Positions 19,363-20,000 of a DNA stretch of 20,000 bases are shown piece by piece (the stretch's first letter is position 1; each line of letters begins with the position of its first letter). Location of the stretch: assembly GCF_004010195.1 (NCBI RefSeq), contig NC_057728.1:48372091-48392090 (forward strand). The letters are read 5' to 3'. The translations under genes and the position numbers were made by a program. The notes beneath the pieces were generated by a model that had not been told where the DNA came from, ran no database searches, and saw only the letters and a program-made list of their open reading frames with translations. This DNA is from Chiloscyllium plagiosum (taxonomy: Eukaryota).

Positions 19363-20000
19363 CGAGCAGCAGCGAAGGTAAGACCGTTTGGTTTTAAAAG
19401 TGCTTACCGGTAGCGGGCAGCGGTGTTTTTTTTTCTTTCACTCTCTCTTCACAGAAAGAGCTGGAGCACCAGGGGGAAGTGACGACGACCAGAGGGGCAG
19501 CCGAGACCCGGAAGCAGTAGTGTAAGCTTACCTGGGTAGGTTTTTCCCCCTTTAAAAGCACGAAGGAGAGGTGCCCGAGGCACTACACGGGTAGTGCCTC
19601 CCACCCGCCCTCCTCCTCTAACCTAATAATAACACCTGTTGTGGTAAGTAGGTAAGTGCTGAATTTTGCTTGTTGTATTCTTTAGACCCAGTTTTTTTTT
19701 TAAAATAAAAGTTAGCTTTAGAGGGATGGCAGTGAAGGCAGTGCAATGTTCCTCCTGCAACATGTATGAGGTGAGGGATGCCATCGACGTCCCTGCCGAT
19801 TACACTTGCAGGAAGTGCACCCATCTCCAGCTCCTCCAAGACCGTGTTAGGGAACTGGAGCTGGAGTTGGATGAACTTCGGATCATTCGGGAGGCAGAGG
19901 GGGTCATAGATCAGAGTTATAGGGAAGTAGTAACTCCAAAGATGGCAGATAGATGGGTGACAGTGAGGGGGACTGGGAGGAACCAGCCAGTGCAGGGACC
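19363..20000 (+). mobile_element. 5' end of a CR1-clade LINE (CpG-containing 5' UTR plus start of ORF1), runs off the window
   Basis: Abrupt shift to GC/CpG-richer sequence at about 19363, followed by an open ORF1 from ATG 19726. Confidence 0.8.
19726..20000 (+). CDS. CR1 ORF1 N-terminus (zinc finger/leucine zipper), partial
   Basis: Stop-free for 91 codons to the window edge: MAVKAVQCSSCNMYEVRDAIDVPADYTCRKCTHLQLLQDRVRELELELDELRIIREAEG... It has CX2CX16CX2C followed by heptads L34-V41-L48 and L37-L44-L51. It is absent from the ORF track, probably because no stop is reached. Confidence 0.85.
   Translation, partial: MAVKAVQCSSCNMYEVRDAIDVPADYTCRKCTHLQLLQDRVRELELELDELRIIREAEGVIDQSYREVVTPKMADRWVTVRGTGRNQPVQG

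Noticed and set aside
1..20000. CRISPR array, intronic snoRNA or miRNA, or prokaryote-type system
   Set aside because: No regularly spaced repeats, no convincing C/D or H/ACA box arrangement, and the long hairpins are explained by repeat elements. An Rfam scan would be needed to exclude small RNAs fully.

Overview
AT-rich vertebrate genomic DNA, most likely from a shark or other cartilaginous fish. That assignment is an inference from the HE1-like SINE, CR1 LINE and DeuSINE repeat content. The minus strand carries the last seven coding exons of CNOT2 (CCR4-NOT subunit 2). They splice with canonical GT-AG sites and consistent phases into 240 aa plus stop, followed by a U-rich 3' UTR with tandem AATAAA signals. 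The introns contain: a complete but dead 2,343-bp Tigger/pogo DNA transposon (23-bp TIRs, TA target duplication, DD32D transposase pseudogene); two tRNA-derived SINEs; several CR1 and L2 LINE fragments, some nested; the 5' end of an apparently young CR1 with an open ORF1; and three small fold-back elements. The most notable observation is that two of the fold-back elements belong to one family whose inverted arms carry decayed minimal type I hammerhead ribozyme motifs, which suggests a Penelope-like or retrozyme origin. No prokaryote-style system, tRNA, rRNA or CRISPR array is present. Repeat family names come from recalled consensus features, not from a database search.
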